Shown here: one piece after another, positions 19,255-29,462 of the stretch
How the letters are laid out: every line of letters begins with the position of its first letter
Numbering within the stretch: the first letter of the stretch is position 1
Assembly: GCA_026004495.1 (NCBI GenBank)
Contig: BPJG01000001.1
Location: forward strand, 560,527 to 624,526
Reading direction: 5' to 3'
DNA from: Candidatus Parcubacteria bacterium
Lineage (GTDB): Bacteria; Patescibacteriota; Minisyncoccia; UBA6257; HR35
DNA: 64,000 nt
Notes under the pieces: generated by a model
Databases searched by the model: none
What the model saw: only the letters and a program-made list of their open reading frames with translations
Told to the model about the DNA's origin: nothing
Made by a program: the position numbers and the translations under genes

Positions 19255-19597
19255 ATTAGCAGATAATTCAGGAGCAGTGAAGCTGATGTGTATTGGTTTT
19301 ATTGGAATTGGTAATAGAAATAGTGCTAAGATTGGAGATATTATTGTTTGTTCAGTAAAGGAAGCAGAGCCTGGAAAACAGGTTAAAAAAGGACAAGTTG
19401 TAAAAGCAGTTGTGGTTAGACAAAAAAAGCCATATCTTAGAAGCAATGGGAGTTGGATTAGATTTGACGAAAATGCTGCTGTTATTATTGATAATAAAAA
19501 TGAACCCCTAGGCAATAGAATATTTGGTCCTATACCTAGAGAAATTAAAGAAAAAGGTTTTAATAAAATAGCTAATTTAGCGCCACAATTAGTTTAA
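19229..19597 (+). CDS. rplN: 50S ribosomal protein L14
   Basis: [23 protein letters not shown]... is highly conserved L14 sequence. Confidence 0.9.
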   Translation: MIQNRTILKLADNSGAVKLMCIGFIGIGNRNSAKIGDIIVCSVKEAEPGKQVKKGQVVKAVVVRQKKPYLRSNGSWIRFDENAAVIIDNKNEPLGNRIFGPIPREIKEKGFNKIANLAPQLV

Positions 19598-19599
19598 TA

Positions 19600-19908
19600 A
19601 TGAAAATAAAAAAAGGTGATACAGTTTTTATAATAAAAGGTAAAGATAGAGGAAGATCAGGAAAGGTAATTAAAGCTTTGCCTAGAGAGAATAAAGTTAT
19701 TATCGAGGGTTTAAATTTAGTTAAAAAACATTTAAGGCCTAAAAGAAGGGGAGAAAAAGGACAAATTATCAGTATTCCACAACCAATTTATATAAGTAAT
19801 ATTAAATTAATTTGTCCCAGCTGTAAAAAAGCTACGAGAGTTGGTTATGAAATTAAAAATGAAAAAAAATTTAGAAAGTGCAAAAAATGCAACAATATTT
19901 TTGAATAA
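19600..19908 (+). CDS. rplX: 50S ribosomal protein L24 with a Cys4 zinc-ribbon C-terminal region
   Basis: KOW N-terminus MKIKKGDTVFIIKGKDRGRSGKV. The C-terminal segment CPSCKK...CKKC replaces the usual D/T...K/G positions. Confidence 0.85.
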   Translation: MKIKKGDTVFIIKGKDRGRSGKVIKALPRENKVIIEGLNLVKKHLRPKRRGEKGQIISIPQPIYISNIKLICPSCKKATRVGYEIKNEKKFRKCKKCNNIFE

Positions 19909-19910
19909 AA

Positions 19911-20459
19911 ATGCTTATCGAGGATTTTAATAATAAAATTAAATTTGAATTAAAAGAAGAGTTGAATTTAAAGAATATTTTAGCTATTCCTTCACCTAAA
20001 GTAGGTTTTGTTAATATTGGGATTGGTAAATTAATCACTTCTAGTCCTGACAATAAAGAAAAAATTATTAATGATGTTAGTAGTTTATTGGCTAAAATTA
20101 CGGGTCAAAAACCTAAAGTAGTTTTGGCAAGAAAATCTGTTTCTGGTTTCAAATTACGAAAAGGTATGCCGGTGGCTTTATTAGTTACCTTAAGAAAAAA
20201 AAGATTGTTTGATTTTATTGAAAGGCTAACTACTTATGTTTTACCTCGATATAGAGATTTCAAGGGAGTTCAAAAAAATAATTTAGATAATAGAGGTTAT
20301 TTAAATTTAGGCTTTAAAGATATTTCTATATTTCCTGAAGCAATTTATGATAGATCAAAATATAATTTAGGTTTACAAGTAACAATTATTACTAATTCCA
20401 AAAATAAAGCTCATAATATTAATCTCTGGAAAAAATTAGGTTTTCCAATTAAAATTTAA
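19911..20459 (+). CDS. rplE: 50S ribosomal protein L5
   Basis: Operon position and L5-like sequence (...NIGIGKLI...GMPVALLVTLRKKRLFDFIERL...). Confidence 0.9.
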   Translation: MLIEDFNNKIKFELKEELNLKNILAIPSPKVGFVNIGIGKLITSSPDNKEKIINDVSSLLAKITGQKPKVVLARKSVSGFKLRKGMPVALLVTLRKKRLFDFIERLTTYVLPRYRDFKGVQKNNLDNRGYLNLGFKDISIFPEAIYDRSKYNLGLQVTIITNSKNKAHNINLWKKLGFPIKI

Positions 20460-20473
20460 ATTAAAATTTAAAA

Positions 20474-20659
20474 ATGCCGAAAAAATCACAAATAGCAAGG
20501 TGGAAAAGACCAGCAAAATTTAAAACCAGACAAGTTAATTGTTGTTTTCGTTGTGGCAGGGCTAAAGGTTATTTAAGGGATTTTAATTTATGTCGAATTT
20601 GTTTTAGAGAATTAATTCATAAAGGAGAAATTCCGGGAATTAAAAAATCTTCTTGGTAA
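20474..20659 (+). CDS. rpsN: 30S ribosomal protein S14, type Z (zinc-binding, 61 aa)
   Basis: MPKKSQIARWKRPAKFKTRQVNCCFRCGRAKGYLRDFNLCRICFRE contains the CxxC...CxxC signature of the short S14-Z form. Confidence 0.85.
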   Translation: MPKKSQIARWKRPAKFKTRQVNCCFRCGRAKGYLRDFNLCRICFRELIHKGEIPGIKKSSW

Positions 20660-20662
20660 AAT

Positions 20663-21055
20663 ATGACAACAGATCCAATAGCTGATTTATTAACTCAAAT
20701 TAGAAATGCTTGGAAAGTAAAAAAAGAAAAGATTGTAGTTCCGTATTCTAATGTTAAGATAGGTATATTAAAAATTTTTAAGCATAAAAATATTATTAAA
20801 GGAATAAAATTGAAAGAAGAAAATAAAAAAAGATTTTTAGTTATTTATCTTAATTATAATAATAATCAACCACCTTATGAAAATTTAAGGAGAATTTCTA
20901 AACCGGGAAGGAGAGTTTATGTTGGTTATCAAGAATTAAAACCAACAAGAAGTGGTTTTGGTTTTAAAATAATTTCAACTTCCAGAGGTATAATGGTTGA
21001 TTCTGAAGCTAAGAAAAGAAAATTGGGCGGTGAAGTGTTATGTGAAATTTATTAA
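20663..21055 (+). CDS. rpsH: 30S ribosomal protein S8
   Basis: MTTDPIADLLTQIRNA... start and operon position. Confidence 0.9.
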   Translation: MTTDPIADLLTQIRNAWKVKKEKIVVPYSNVKIGILKIFKHKNIIKGIKLKEENKKRFLVIYLNYNNNQPPYENLRRISKPGRRVYVGYQELKPTRSGFGFKIISTSRGIMVDSEAKKRKLGGEVLCEIY

Positions 21056-21079
21056 ATTAAAAAAATAATTTATATAAAA

Positions 21080-21634
21080 ATGTCAAAATTAGGGAAAAAG
21101 CCAATTAAATTACCAGAAAAAGTAGAATTAAAAATAGAAAATGAAAATATTATAATTAAAGGCCCTCTTGGTGAATTATTATTTAAATTAGATAAAGATT
21201 TCGACCTTATTAAAGAAGATAATTGTTTGTTTATTAAACCAAAAGTATATAATAAAAGAACTAAAGTAATGTGGGGAACCCTATGGTCATTATTAAATAA
21301 TAAAATCAATGATGTAATTAATGGATTTAGTAAGGTTTTAATTTTAGAGGGATTGGGTTATACAGTTGAAAAAATTTCTGAAAACGAGCTTTTATTTAAA
21401 TTAGGTTTATCACACCCAATCAAAATTAAAATACCAGATGGTATTAATGTAGATATTAAACAATTAAAAGGTCAATTTGAAATAACAATTAGCGGAATTA
21501 ATAGAGAAAAGATTGGACTTTTTACTTCACAAATAAGAAAAATAAAACCAAGAGATATTTATAAACTAAAAGGTTTTAGATATATAAATGAATTAGTAAA
21601 AACTAAACCAGTTAAAAAAACAATTGGTAAATAA
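21080..21634 (+). CDS. rplF: 50S ribosomal protein L6
   Basis: MSKLGKKPIKLPEKVELKIENENIIIKGPLGEL... and the two-domain length. Confidence 0.9.
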   Translation: MSKLGKKPIKLPEKVELKIENENIIIKGPLGELLFKLDKDFDLIKEDNCLFIKPKVYNKRTKVMWGTLWSLLNNKINDVINGFSKVLILEGLGYTVEKISENELLFKLGLSHPIKIKIPDGINVDIKQLKGQFEITISGINREKIGLFTSQIRKIKPRDIYKLKGFRYINELVKTKPVKKTIGK

Positions 21635-21637
21635 AAA

Positions 21638-22009
21638 ATGAAATTACTTTTTAAGAAAAAAAAATTAGATAAAAAAGATAGACGGCTAATTAGACATAAA
21701 AGAATAAGAGTTAAAATAAAAGGTACAGAAAATAGACCCCGAATATCAATCTTTAGATCTAATAGAAATATTTATCTTCAGTTAATTGATGATGACAAAA
21801 AACAAACAATAACATCAGCTTCAACTTTAGAATTTAGAAAAGAAAAATTATCTGGAAAAGAAAAAGCTAAAAAGGTTGCTGAAATATTTGCTGAAAGATT
21901 AAAAAACAATGGTATTGAAAAAGTAGTTTTTGATCGAGGAGGTTATACATATTATGGTCGAGTTAAAATTATCGCTGATAAATTAAGAGAAAAAGGTATT
22001 ATTTTTTAA
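21638..22009 (+). CDS. rplR: 50S ribosomal protein L18
   Basis: Operon position. Sequence features: ...RPRISIFRSNRNIYLQLIDD... and ...VVFDRGGYTYYGRVKIIAD. Confidence 0.85.
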   Translation: MKLLFKKKKLDKKDRRLIRHKRIRVKIKGTENRPRISIFRSNRNIYLQLIDDDKKQTITSASTLEFRKEKLSGKEKAKKVAEIFAERLKNNGIEKVVFDRGGYTYYGRVKIIADKLREKGIIF

Positions 22010-22014
22010 TATAA

Positions 22015-22479
22015 ATGATTGATAAGAAAAATAATTGGGAATACAGAGTACTTGAAATTAAAAGAGTAGCTAAAGTAACTAAAGGGGGTAAAACATTTAA
22101 AATTAGAGCCGTTGTAATTGCTGGAGATAAAAATGGAAAGGTAGGTGTAGGAATTGAAAAAGGGGATGACGTTTCTCAGGCTGTAAATAAGGCTTTAAAT
22201 TTAGCTATAAAAAATCATATAAGTGTTCCAATTTTAAATAATACTATTCCTTACGAAGTTGAAGGAAAAGTTAGTGCCGCTAAGGTTTTAATAAAACCAG
22301 CTAAAGAGGGTAGGGGAATTATTGCTGGTGGTTCGGTAAAAATAATTTTAGAATTAGCTGGAATTAAAGATGCCATTGCTAAAATTATTGGCGTTACCAA
22401 AAATCCTCTAACCAATTCAATGGCAACATTGAAAGCATTAGAAAAATTAAATAAATATAATATCAAAAATGCTAATTAA
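22015..22479 (+). CDS. rpsE: 30S ribosomal protein S5
   Basis: ...RVAKVTKGGKTFKIRAVVIAGDKNGKVGVGIEKG... dsRBD plus S5 C-terminal domain. Confidence 0.9.
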   Translation: MIDKKNNWEYRVLEIKRVAKVTKGGKTFKIRAVVIAGDKNGKVGVGIEKGDDVSQAVNKALNLAIKNHISVPILNNTIPYEVEGKVSAAKVLIKPAKEGRGIIAGGSVKIILELAGIKDAIAKIIGVTKNPLTNSMATLKALEKLNKYNIKNAN

Positions 22480-22906
22480 TCAAATTAATTTTCGATTAAA
22501 AAAGAAAAAAAGAATAGGTAGAGGAGGCAAAAAAGGTAATTATTCTGGTAGAGGAATGAAAGGTCAAAGGTCAAGAGCGGGTCGTAGGATTAGGCCAGCA
22601 GAGAGGGATATTATTTTAAAATTACCCAAATTAAAAGGATTTAAATTTAAATCCTTTAAAGATAAAAATTATGTTGTCAATTTGGCTACTATTGACAAAA
22701 AATTTAAAGATGGGGAAATGGTTAATGCCAATTCTTTAATTGAAAAAAAAATTATTAAACAACCTAAAAGTAAAAAAGATTTAATAATTAAAATTTTATC
22801 AACTGGACAATTAACTAAAAGTTTACTATTTTCTAATAAATTGCTTTTTAGTAAATCAGCTTTAAATAAAATTAGAAATAGTAATTCGCAAATTGTAAAT
22901 GATTAA
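22469..22906 (+). CDS. rplO: 50S ribosomal protein L15. It directly follows S5, with no L30 gene between them.
   Basis: ...RIGRGGKKGNYSGRGMKGQRSRAGRR... It overlaps the rpsE stop by 11 nt, so an rpmD is excluded. Confidence 0.85.
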   Translation: MLINQINFRLKKKKRIGRGGKKGNYSGRGMKGQRSRAGRRIRPAERDIILKLPKLKGFKFKSFKDKNYVVNLATIDKKFKDGEMVNANSLIEKKIIKQPKSKKDLIIKILSTGQLTKSLLFSNKLLFSKSALNKIRNSNSQIVND

Positions 22907-24179
22907 AATAAATTTATTTAAAAATTTAATTAATTTATTTAAATTGAAAGATTTAAGAAGAAGGATTTTACTTATAATTTTATATTTGTTTATATTTAGA
23001 ATAGTTTCTAATGTTCCTTTACCAGGAGTAGATTTAGAAAGAATAAAAAATTTAATCCAGGCTAATCAATTTTTAGGACTATTCAATATCTTTATTGGTA
23101 ATACCCTAGAAAGATTTTCTATTGCTTTATTAGGTTTAGGTCCTTATATTACCGCTGTTATTATTATGCAACTTTTAACTTTGGTTTATCCTAAGTTAAA
23201 AGAAATGTATTATGAAGAAGGAGAAGTTGGGAGAGCAAAATTTAATCAATATGCAAGAATTTTAACTGTACCATTAACTATGATTCAATCTTTTGGTTTT
23301 TTAAAATTTTTAGAATCTCAAAATTTAATTACTTTTTTAAGTTCTTTTGATTTAATTAGAGATATTATTATAATAACAGCAGGAACAATATTTTTAATGT
23401 GGTTAGGTGAATTAATTACTGAACAAAAATTAACTAATGGAATATCTTTTTTGATTTTTTCTGGTATTGTTGCTGGTACCCCAGGTTTTATTCAACAAGC
23501 AATAGTCAATTTCAGTATTAGTGAAATTAATAAATATATAATTTTAATTTTATTATCAATTTTTATAGTTTCTGCTATTGTTTATGTTAATGAAGCAGAA
23601 AGAAGAATTCCTCTTAATTTTTCAAAACGAGTAAGAGGAACAAAGTTATATGGTGGTGTTTTAACTTATTTGCCATTAAAAATTAATCAGGCTGGAGTAA
23701 TACCAATAATTTTTGCTATTTCTGTTTTATTATTTCCTCAGACCCTATTTCAAATCTTATCAGCCACGGGTATAAATTTTTTTGGTAATTTATTTCAAAG
23801 CTTGAATAGTTTTTTACAAAATCAATTTATCTTTAGTTTACTATATTTCATTTTAGTCTTTGGTTTTACTTATTTTTATACTTCAATTACTTTTGAGCCT
23901 AGTGAATTAGCTTTAAATTTTCAAAGATCGGGAGCCTTTGTTCCTGGTGTTAGGCCTGGGAAGGAAACCGCAGAATATTTTAAGAATATAGTTAATAAAA
24001 TAAATCTTAGTGGTGGTATTTTTTTAGGAATAATAGCAATTCTTCCTTATATTACTCAATCTTTAACAGGTTTATCTTTTGTAGGAATTGGAGGAACTTC
24101 GGTTTTGATTTTAGTTTCCGTTGCTATCGAAACAATAAAGAAGATAGAAGCAGAATTAGGCAGTAGAGAATATACTTAA
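22899..24179 (+). CDS. secY: preprotein translocase subunit SecY
   Basis: 426 aa with 10 TM segments and the conserved region ...LLGLGPYITAVIIMQLLT... It is in the usual position after L15. Confidence 0.9.
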   Translation: MIKINLFKNLINLFKLKDLRRRILLIILYLFIFRIVSNVPLPGVDLERIKNLIQANQFLGLFNIFIGNTLERFSIALLGLGPYITAVIIMQLLTLVYPKLKEMYYEEGEVGRAKFNQYARILTVPLTMIQSFGFLKFLESQNLITFLSSFDLIRDIIIITAGTIFLMWLGELITEQKLTNGISFLIFSGIVAGTPGFIQQAIVNFSISEINKYIILILLSIFIVSAIVYVNEAERRIPLNFSKRVRGTKLYGGVLTYLPLKINQAGVIPIIFAISVLLFPQTLFQILSATGINFFGNLFQSLNSFLQNQFIFSLLYFILVFGFTYFYTSITFEPSELALNFQRSGAFVPGVRPGKETAEYFKNIVNKINLSGGIFLGIIAILPYITQSLTGLSFVGIGGTSVLILVSVAIETIKKIEAELGSREYT

Positions 24180-24201
24180 AAATATTTTTATATAAAATTT
24201 T

Positions 24202-24272
24202 GCCCGCGTAGCTTAATGGAAAAGCATCTCCGTCCTAAGGAGAGGATAGGGGTTCGATTCCCTTCGCGGGTA
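24202..24272 (+). tRNA. tRNA-Arg (anticodon CCU)
   Basis: Cloverleaf with acceptor GCCCGCG/CGCGGGU (a G1-U72 wobble), anticodon stem UCUCC/GGAGA with loop GUCCUAA, and T-arm AGGGGUUCGAUUCCCUU. Confidence 0.8.
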
Positions 24273-25569
24273 TATTAATTAATATCTTAATAAATATTCT
24301 TAAAAAAATCAAAATATATTTTTATCTTAGTTAAATTTATTTTTTTTAATTATTTTCAAAATTATTTGACCTAATTTTTAAATATAGCATAATTTAATTC
24401 TCTTGTCAATTAATTATTTTAATAATTAAAATAATATTCAAAAGGTAAATTAAATATTTATGTTTTTTTATTTATTTTATTATTTTTATAATAAAAAATT
24501 CAAATATCTTTTACTTAAAATAAAATATTTTTAATTGATTTGGGGAAGATATTAATTTCTGAAAAATTAACCGCAATAGATATTAAATTTATTCAAGAAA
24601 TTTTTAAAGAAGAAGTAAATAAAAATTTATTTTTGACCGATAAATTAGATAATTAACAATTTCAGTTTTAAAAGAATTTCAAAAAAATATAATATAAATC
24701 AATTAGGCAAAATTGATCTCGATATAATTAAGCTTATTTTAAGTATTAGTGGCTTAAATGGTATAAATTTATCTCATAATAAATTATTCTTTACTTCAAA
24801 ACAAGATAATTTATTATCAATTAAAAAATAATCAAATAAGAAAAGGATAATTAATAATAAATTGGAAAATCTACTCCATCTTACCATTATTATTCTTTCT
24901 GATAAAGTTACACGACATTAAATTTTAAATTAATAATTATGGAGCAAAGAGTAAAAATCATTTGAATTAAGGTTTTAAGAGATTAAAAATTTAATGGAAT
25001 ACAAGTATATCCAATTTTCTTATCTTTGTCTTACAACCTATATATATTTTGATATACTAATGAGATTCAAGTACTTCAAAATAAATTTTAATTTTAAATT
25101 AGCTTCTTTGCCTAAGGTAGGTAATTTAACCCTTGATTTAGATAGATTAAACATTAATAAAGATTATCAATTGGATTTAGGATGCATCATTTTTTAAGTT
25201 ATCTTAAAGATATTTCTAATGAAAAATGGTAATAAGTTTGTATTAAGCTTAATAAACGGTAATAATAATATTGATGATCAAGATAATTTAAATATTTTTT
25301 TTATTTAATTATATTGCTAATATTTAGTAAGGGTAATATTAACTATGATTTAAATTTTAATTCACTAATTAATGATAAAGATTTAAATATAATTCTTAAA
25401 AATTTTGACACAAAGAGATACTTAAAAGTAATAATATATACAATAAAATAACTTAAAAGTATAAAATTTTTTATTTTGAAAATAACTCTTTATTATTTTA
25501 TCCACTGTTTATCCTCAACTTTAAGATATTTGACAAAAATTTTTTTTGGAGTAAAAATATTTGATTAAG

Positions 25570-26931
25570 ATGCCTGAGGAGATTTTTAAACCTTTACCAA
25601 ATAATCAAGAAGCAGAAATCGCTATTTTAGGTGCTTTGCTTATTGATCCAGAAGCAATTTATAAGATTGTTGATATTTTAAAAGCAGATGATTTTTACAA
25701 ACCTGCCCATCAAATAATATATTCAACTATTTTATATCTTTTTGAAAAAAGAGAATCAATTGATGTTATTACATTGACAAATCGTTTAAGAGAAATAGGT
25801 GAATTAGAAAATATTGGTGGTAGCGGATATATATTTGAACTTATTAGCAAAACACCTACTATTTCTAATATAATTAACTATGCTAAAATAATTCGCGATA
25901 AAAAAGCAAGAAGGGATTTAATTCAAACATCTTATGAAATCCAAAGTATTGCCCATGAAGAAGAAAAAAGCTCAGAGGAATTAATAGATGAAATTGAGGC
26001 TAAAATTTTTAAAGTTGCAGATAGAGTATATCCAAGAGAATTTTTACATATTTCAGAATTTTTAGAATCTGCTTATCAAAGAATAGAAGAACTTCATACT
26101 CATCAAAAAAAATTAAGAGGAGTGTCGACTGGCTTTAATTTATTAGATGAATATTTAGGTGGGTTTCAAAAGTCAGATTTAATTATTTTAGCTTCAAGAC
26201 CTTCATTGGGTAAAACATCATTAGCCTTAACTTTTGCTCGTAATATTGCATTAATTGAAAATAAACCGGTAGCTATTTTTAGTTTAGAAATGTCGAAAGA
26301 TCAAATTATTGATAGATTATTGGCTAGTGAAGCGGGTGTTAGTTTGTGGAGACTAAGAACTGGTAAATTATTTTATGAAGGAGAAATAAACGAATTAGCT
26401 CTTATTTCTGAAGCTTTAGATAAGTTTAATCAAGCTCCTATTTATATAGACGATACTCCAAATTTAAATACTCTTCAAATAAGGACAATGTCTAGAAAAT
26501 TAAAACATCAAGTTGGCGATATTGGCCTTATTATTATTGATTATCTTCAATTATTAAAGACAAATAGATATTTTGAAAGTAGAGTTCAAGAAATAACTGA
26601 AATTTCGAGAAGTTTAAAAGAGCTAGCTAGAGAATTAAATGTACCTATTTTAGCTTTATCTCAGCTTTCAAGAGCACCAGAACAAAGAATTTCTCAAGTT
26701 CCTAAATTATCAGATTTAAGAGATTCGGGTTCAATCGAACAAGATGCCGATATAGTAATGTTTATTCATAGGCCTAAAGAATTAGGTCACGTTGTTCCTT
26801 CTAATCAGGCAGAAATTATAATTGCTAAACAGAGAAATGGTCCCTTAGGTGTTATAACCTTATATTTTGACCCTGAAACTACTTCATTCTATACTACTGA
26901 ACAAACAATTGAAGAAATTGAGCTACATTAA
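25570..26931 (+). CDS. dnaB: replicative DNA helicase DnaB
   Basis: N-terminal ...NQEAEIAILGALLIDPEAIYKI..., Walker A SRPSLGKTSLAL, and RecA-like motifs. ATG at 25570 is preferred over the upstream TTG. Confidence 0.85.
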   Translation: MPEEIFKPLPNNQEAEIAILGALLIDPEAIYKIVDILKADDFYKPAHQIIYSTILYLFEKRESIDVITLTNRLREIGELENIGGSGYIFELISKTPTISNIINYAKIIRDKKARRDLIQTSYEIQSIAHEEEKSSEELIDEIEAKIFKVADRVYPREFLHISEFLESAYQRIEELHTHQKKLRGVSTGFNLLDEYLGGFQKSDLIILASRPSLGKTSLALTFARNIALIENKPVAIFSLEMSKDQIIDRLLASEAGVSLWRLRTGKLFYEGEINELALISEALDKFNQAPIYIDDTPNLNTLQIRTMSRKLKHQVGDIGLIIIDYLQLLKTNRYFESRVQEITEISRSLKELARELNVPILALSQLSRAPEQRISQVPKLSDLRDSGSIEQDADIVMFIHRPKELGHVVPSNQAEIIIAKQRNGPLGVITLYFDPETTSFYTTEQTIEEIELH

Positions 26932-26969
26932 GTCTATTAGTTTTTAATATGTTATAATTTTCTTTAAAA

Positions 26970-29462
26970 ATGTTAAATTCTATTTTAAATTTGTTTAAAA
27001 AAGATTATTTAAGGAAATGGCAGGTTATTGTTAGTGAAATTAATTCATTAGAAGAAAAATTTGAATCTTTAGAAACAGAAAAGTTAAAAGATAAAACTCA
27101 AGAATTTAAAGAAAGATTAAGTAAGGGAGAAACTTTAGATGATTTATTGCCAGAAGCTTTTGCTTTAGTTAGAGAAGCTGCCAAAAGGACATTGAATCAG
27201 AGACATTATGATGTTCAACTTTTAGGAGGTATTTGTTTGCATAAAGGAATGGTGGTTGAGATGATGACTGGTGAAGGTAAAACATTAACTGCTACTCTAG
27301 CTGCTTATTTAAATTCTTTAACAGGTGATGGAGTTCATATTTGCACTGTTAATGATTATTTAGCTAAAAGAGATACAGCTTGGATGGGTCAAATTTATAA
27401 TCTTTTAGGAATTAGTGTTTCTTGTATTGTTCATGAACAAAGTTTTATTTATGATCCTTATTTTGTAAGAGAAGAAAAAGATAAATTTAGAGATACTCAG
27501 GGTAATTTTATGGTTTTTTATGATTATTTGAAGCCAATTGATAGAAAAACTGCCTATCAAGCAGATATTATTTACGGCACTAATCATGAATTTGGCTTTG
27601 ATTATTTAAAAGACAATTTATCCATAGATAAATTTGAGGTAGTTCAAAGAGGCTTTAATTATGCTATTGTTGATGAAGTTGATAGTATTTTAATTGATGA
27701 GTCACGAACTCCCCTTATTATTTCTGGATTTCAAAGTGAAGCTAATGAGATATATTACCTTTTTGATAAAATAGCCAAAACTTTAAAATCAGGAATAGAT
27801 TTTAATATTGATAAAAAAAGAAAAGTTATTTATTTAACTGAAGAGGGTCAAGATAAAGTTGCAAAAATTTTAGGTTATGATCCTTATAAAATAGAAAATT
27901 TACATGCCATTCATCATTTAGAACAAGCCTTAAAAGCGAATTATATATTTTTTAGGGATAAAGATTATATTGTTAAAGATAATCAAATAATAATAGTTGA
28001 TGAATTTACTGGTAGGTTAATGTGGGGAAGACGTTGGTCAGGTGGCTTACATCAAGCAATTGAAGCAAAAGAAGGAGTTTCTATTCAACCTGAATCGAAA
28101 ACAATTGCTCAAATTACTATTCAAAACTTTTTTAGAAAATATAAAAAATTATCAGGTATGACAGGAACAGCAATTACTTCAGCTGAAGAATTTTATAAAG
28201 TTTATGGATTAGAAACTATATTTATTCCTCCCAATAAGAAATGTATTAGAATCGATCATCCTGATAAAATTTTTATCAATCAAAAAGCTAAATGGGATGC
28301 TATTGTAAATAAAATTGAGGAACTTCATAAAGTAGGAAGACCTGTCTTAGTCGGTACAACATCTATTGAAAAAAATGAATTTTTATCTAAAAAATTAAGA
28401 GAGAAAAATATTCCTCATCAAATTTTGAATGCTAAAAATCATGAAGAGGAAGGTAAAATAATTGCTCAGGCTGGAAAATTGGGGATGGTAACTGTAGCTA
28501 CCAATATGGCAGGAAGAGGTGTAGATATAATTTTAGGAGGAAATCCTTCAGATTACGACGAAACTCAAAAGATAAAAGAATTAGGAGGTTTATTTGTAAT
28601 TGGTACTGAAAGACACGAAGCAAGACGAATTGATAATCAATTAAGAGGAAGAGCAGGAAGACAAGGAGATCCAGGAGAGACTCAATTTTTTGTATCCCTA
28701 GAAGATGATTTGATAAAAATTTTTGGTGGTGAAAAAATTAAAAGTATTTTAATTAGACTTAATATTAAAGAGGAGGTAATTATAGAACATCCATTAATTT
28801 CTAAAGCTATTGAAGAAGCTCAAAATAAAATTGAAGGTTTTAATTTTGATTTAAGAAAACATCTTTTAGAATACGATGATGTTATTAATTCTCAAAGAGA
28901 TAAAATTTATAGTGATAGAAGGAAAATTTTATTCGATGAAATTAATTCTTTAGAATTTCTTAGTAACTCTTTTGAGGAATTTTTAAAAGAAGATGAAGAG
29001 ATAATTAAATTTCATTTAAAAATTAGAGAAAATATTCTTTCTAAAGATGAATTAATTAAAGAAGCTAGAGATATATTTTTTAAAAAATATTCTATATTAA
29101 GTAAATTAGAAAATTTTAGAGAATTAATTAAAATAATAATTTTAAAAACCTTTGATTATCTATGGACCGAACACCTGAGCTATTTAGAGGAACTTAAAGA
29201 AACTGTTAGTTGGCGTGGTTATGCTCAAAAAGATCCGCTCGTTGAATATAAAAGAGAAGCCTTAAATAGCTTTAACAACTTTTATCGTTTAGTTAATATT
29301 AATTTAATTAGTAATTTCATGAATTTAGAAATAAGATATGAAGAACCTAAAATTGACAGAAATACTCCCTGTCCCTGTGGTAGTGGTAAAAAATGGAAAA
29401 AATGTGGTTTATTGAATACCGAAGAACATCAACAAAGGATGAAAATGATAAAAAACTTTTAA
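26970..29462 (+). CDS. secA: preprotein translocase ATPase SecA
   Basis: DEAD-like motor MMTGEGKTLTATL, and the C-terminal zinc-binding CPCGSGKKWKKC motif. Confidence 0.9.
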   Translation: MLNSILNLFKKDYLRKWQVIVSEINSLEEKFESLETEKLKDKTQEFKERLSKGETLDDLLPEAFALVREAAKRTLNQRHYDVQLLGGICLHKGMVVEMMTGEGKTLTATLAAYLNSLTGDGVHICTVNDYLAKRDTAWMGQIYNLLGISVSCIVHEQSFIYDPYFVREEKDKFRDTQGNFMVFYDYLKPIDRKTAYQADIIYGTNHEFGFDYLKDNLSIDKFEVVQRGFNYAIVDEVDSILIDESRTPLIISGFQSEANEIYYLFDKIAKTLKSGIDFNIDKKRKVIYLTEEGQDKVAKILGYDPYKIENLHAIHHLEQALKANYIFFRDKDYIVKDNQIIIVDEFTGRLMWGRRWSGGLHQAIEAKEGVSIQPESKTIAQITIQNFFRKYKKLSGMTGTAITSAEEFYKVYGLETIFIPPNKKCIRIDHPDKIFINQKAKWDAIVNKIEELHKVGRPVLVGTTSIEKNEFLSKKLREKNIPHQILNAKNHEEEGKIIAQAGKLGMVTVATNMAGRGVDIILGGNPSDYDETQKIKELGGLFVIGTERHEARRIDNQLRGRAGRQGDPGETQFFVSLEDDLIKIFGGEKIKSILIRLNIKEEVIIEHPLISKAIEEAQNKIEGFNFDLRKHLLEYDDVINSQRDKIYSDRRKILFDEINSLEFLSNSFEEFLKEDEEIIKFHLKIRENILSKDELIKEARDIFFKKYSILSKLENFRELIKIIILKTFDYLWTEHLSYLEELKETVSWRGYAQKDPLVEYKREALNSFNNFYRLVNINLISNFMNLEIRYEEPKIDRNTPCPCGSGKKWKKCGLLNTEEHQQRMKMIKNF

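Noticed and set aside
17407-22466. Antisense ORFs inside the ribosomal operon (17407-17775, 19234-19515, 19871-20053, 21070-21309, 22251-22466)
   Set aside because: Each overlaps a conserved ribosomal protein gene on the opposite strand. There is no independent support.
24994-25197. 67-aa plus-strand ORF in the tRNA-Arg/dnaB gap
   Set aside because: No SD and low-complexity sequence in a region that otherwise looks non-coding or decayed. Probably chance.
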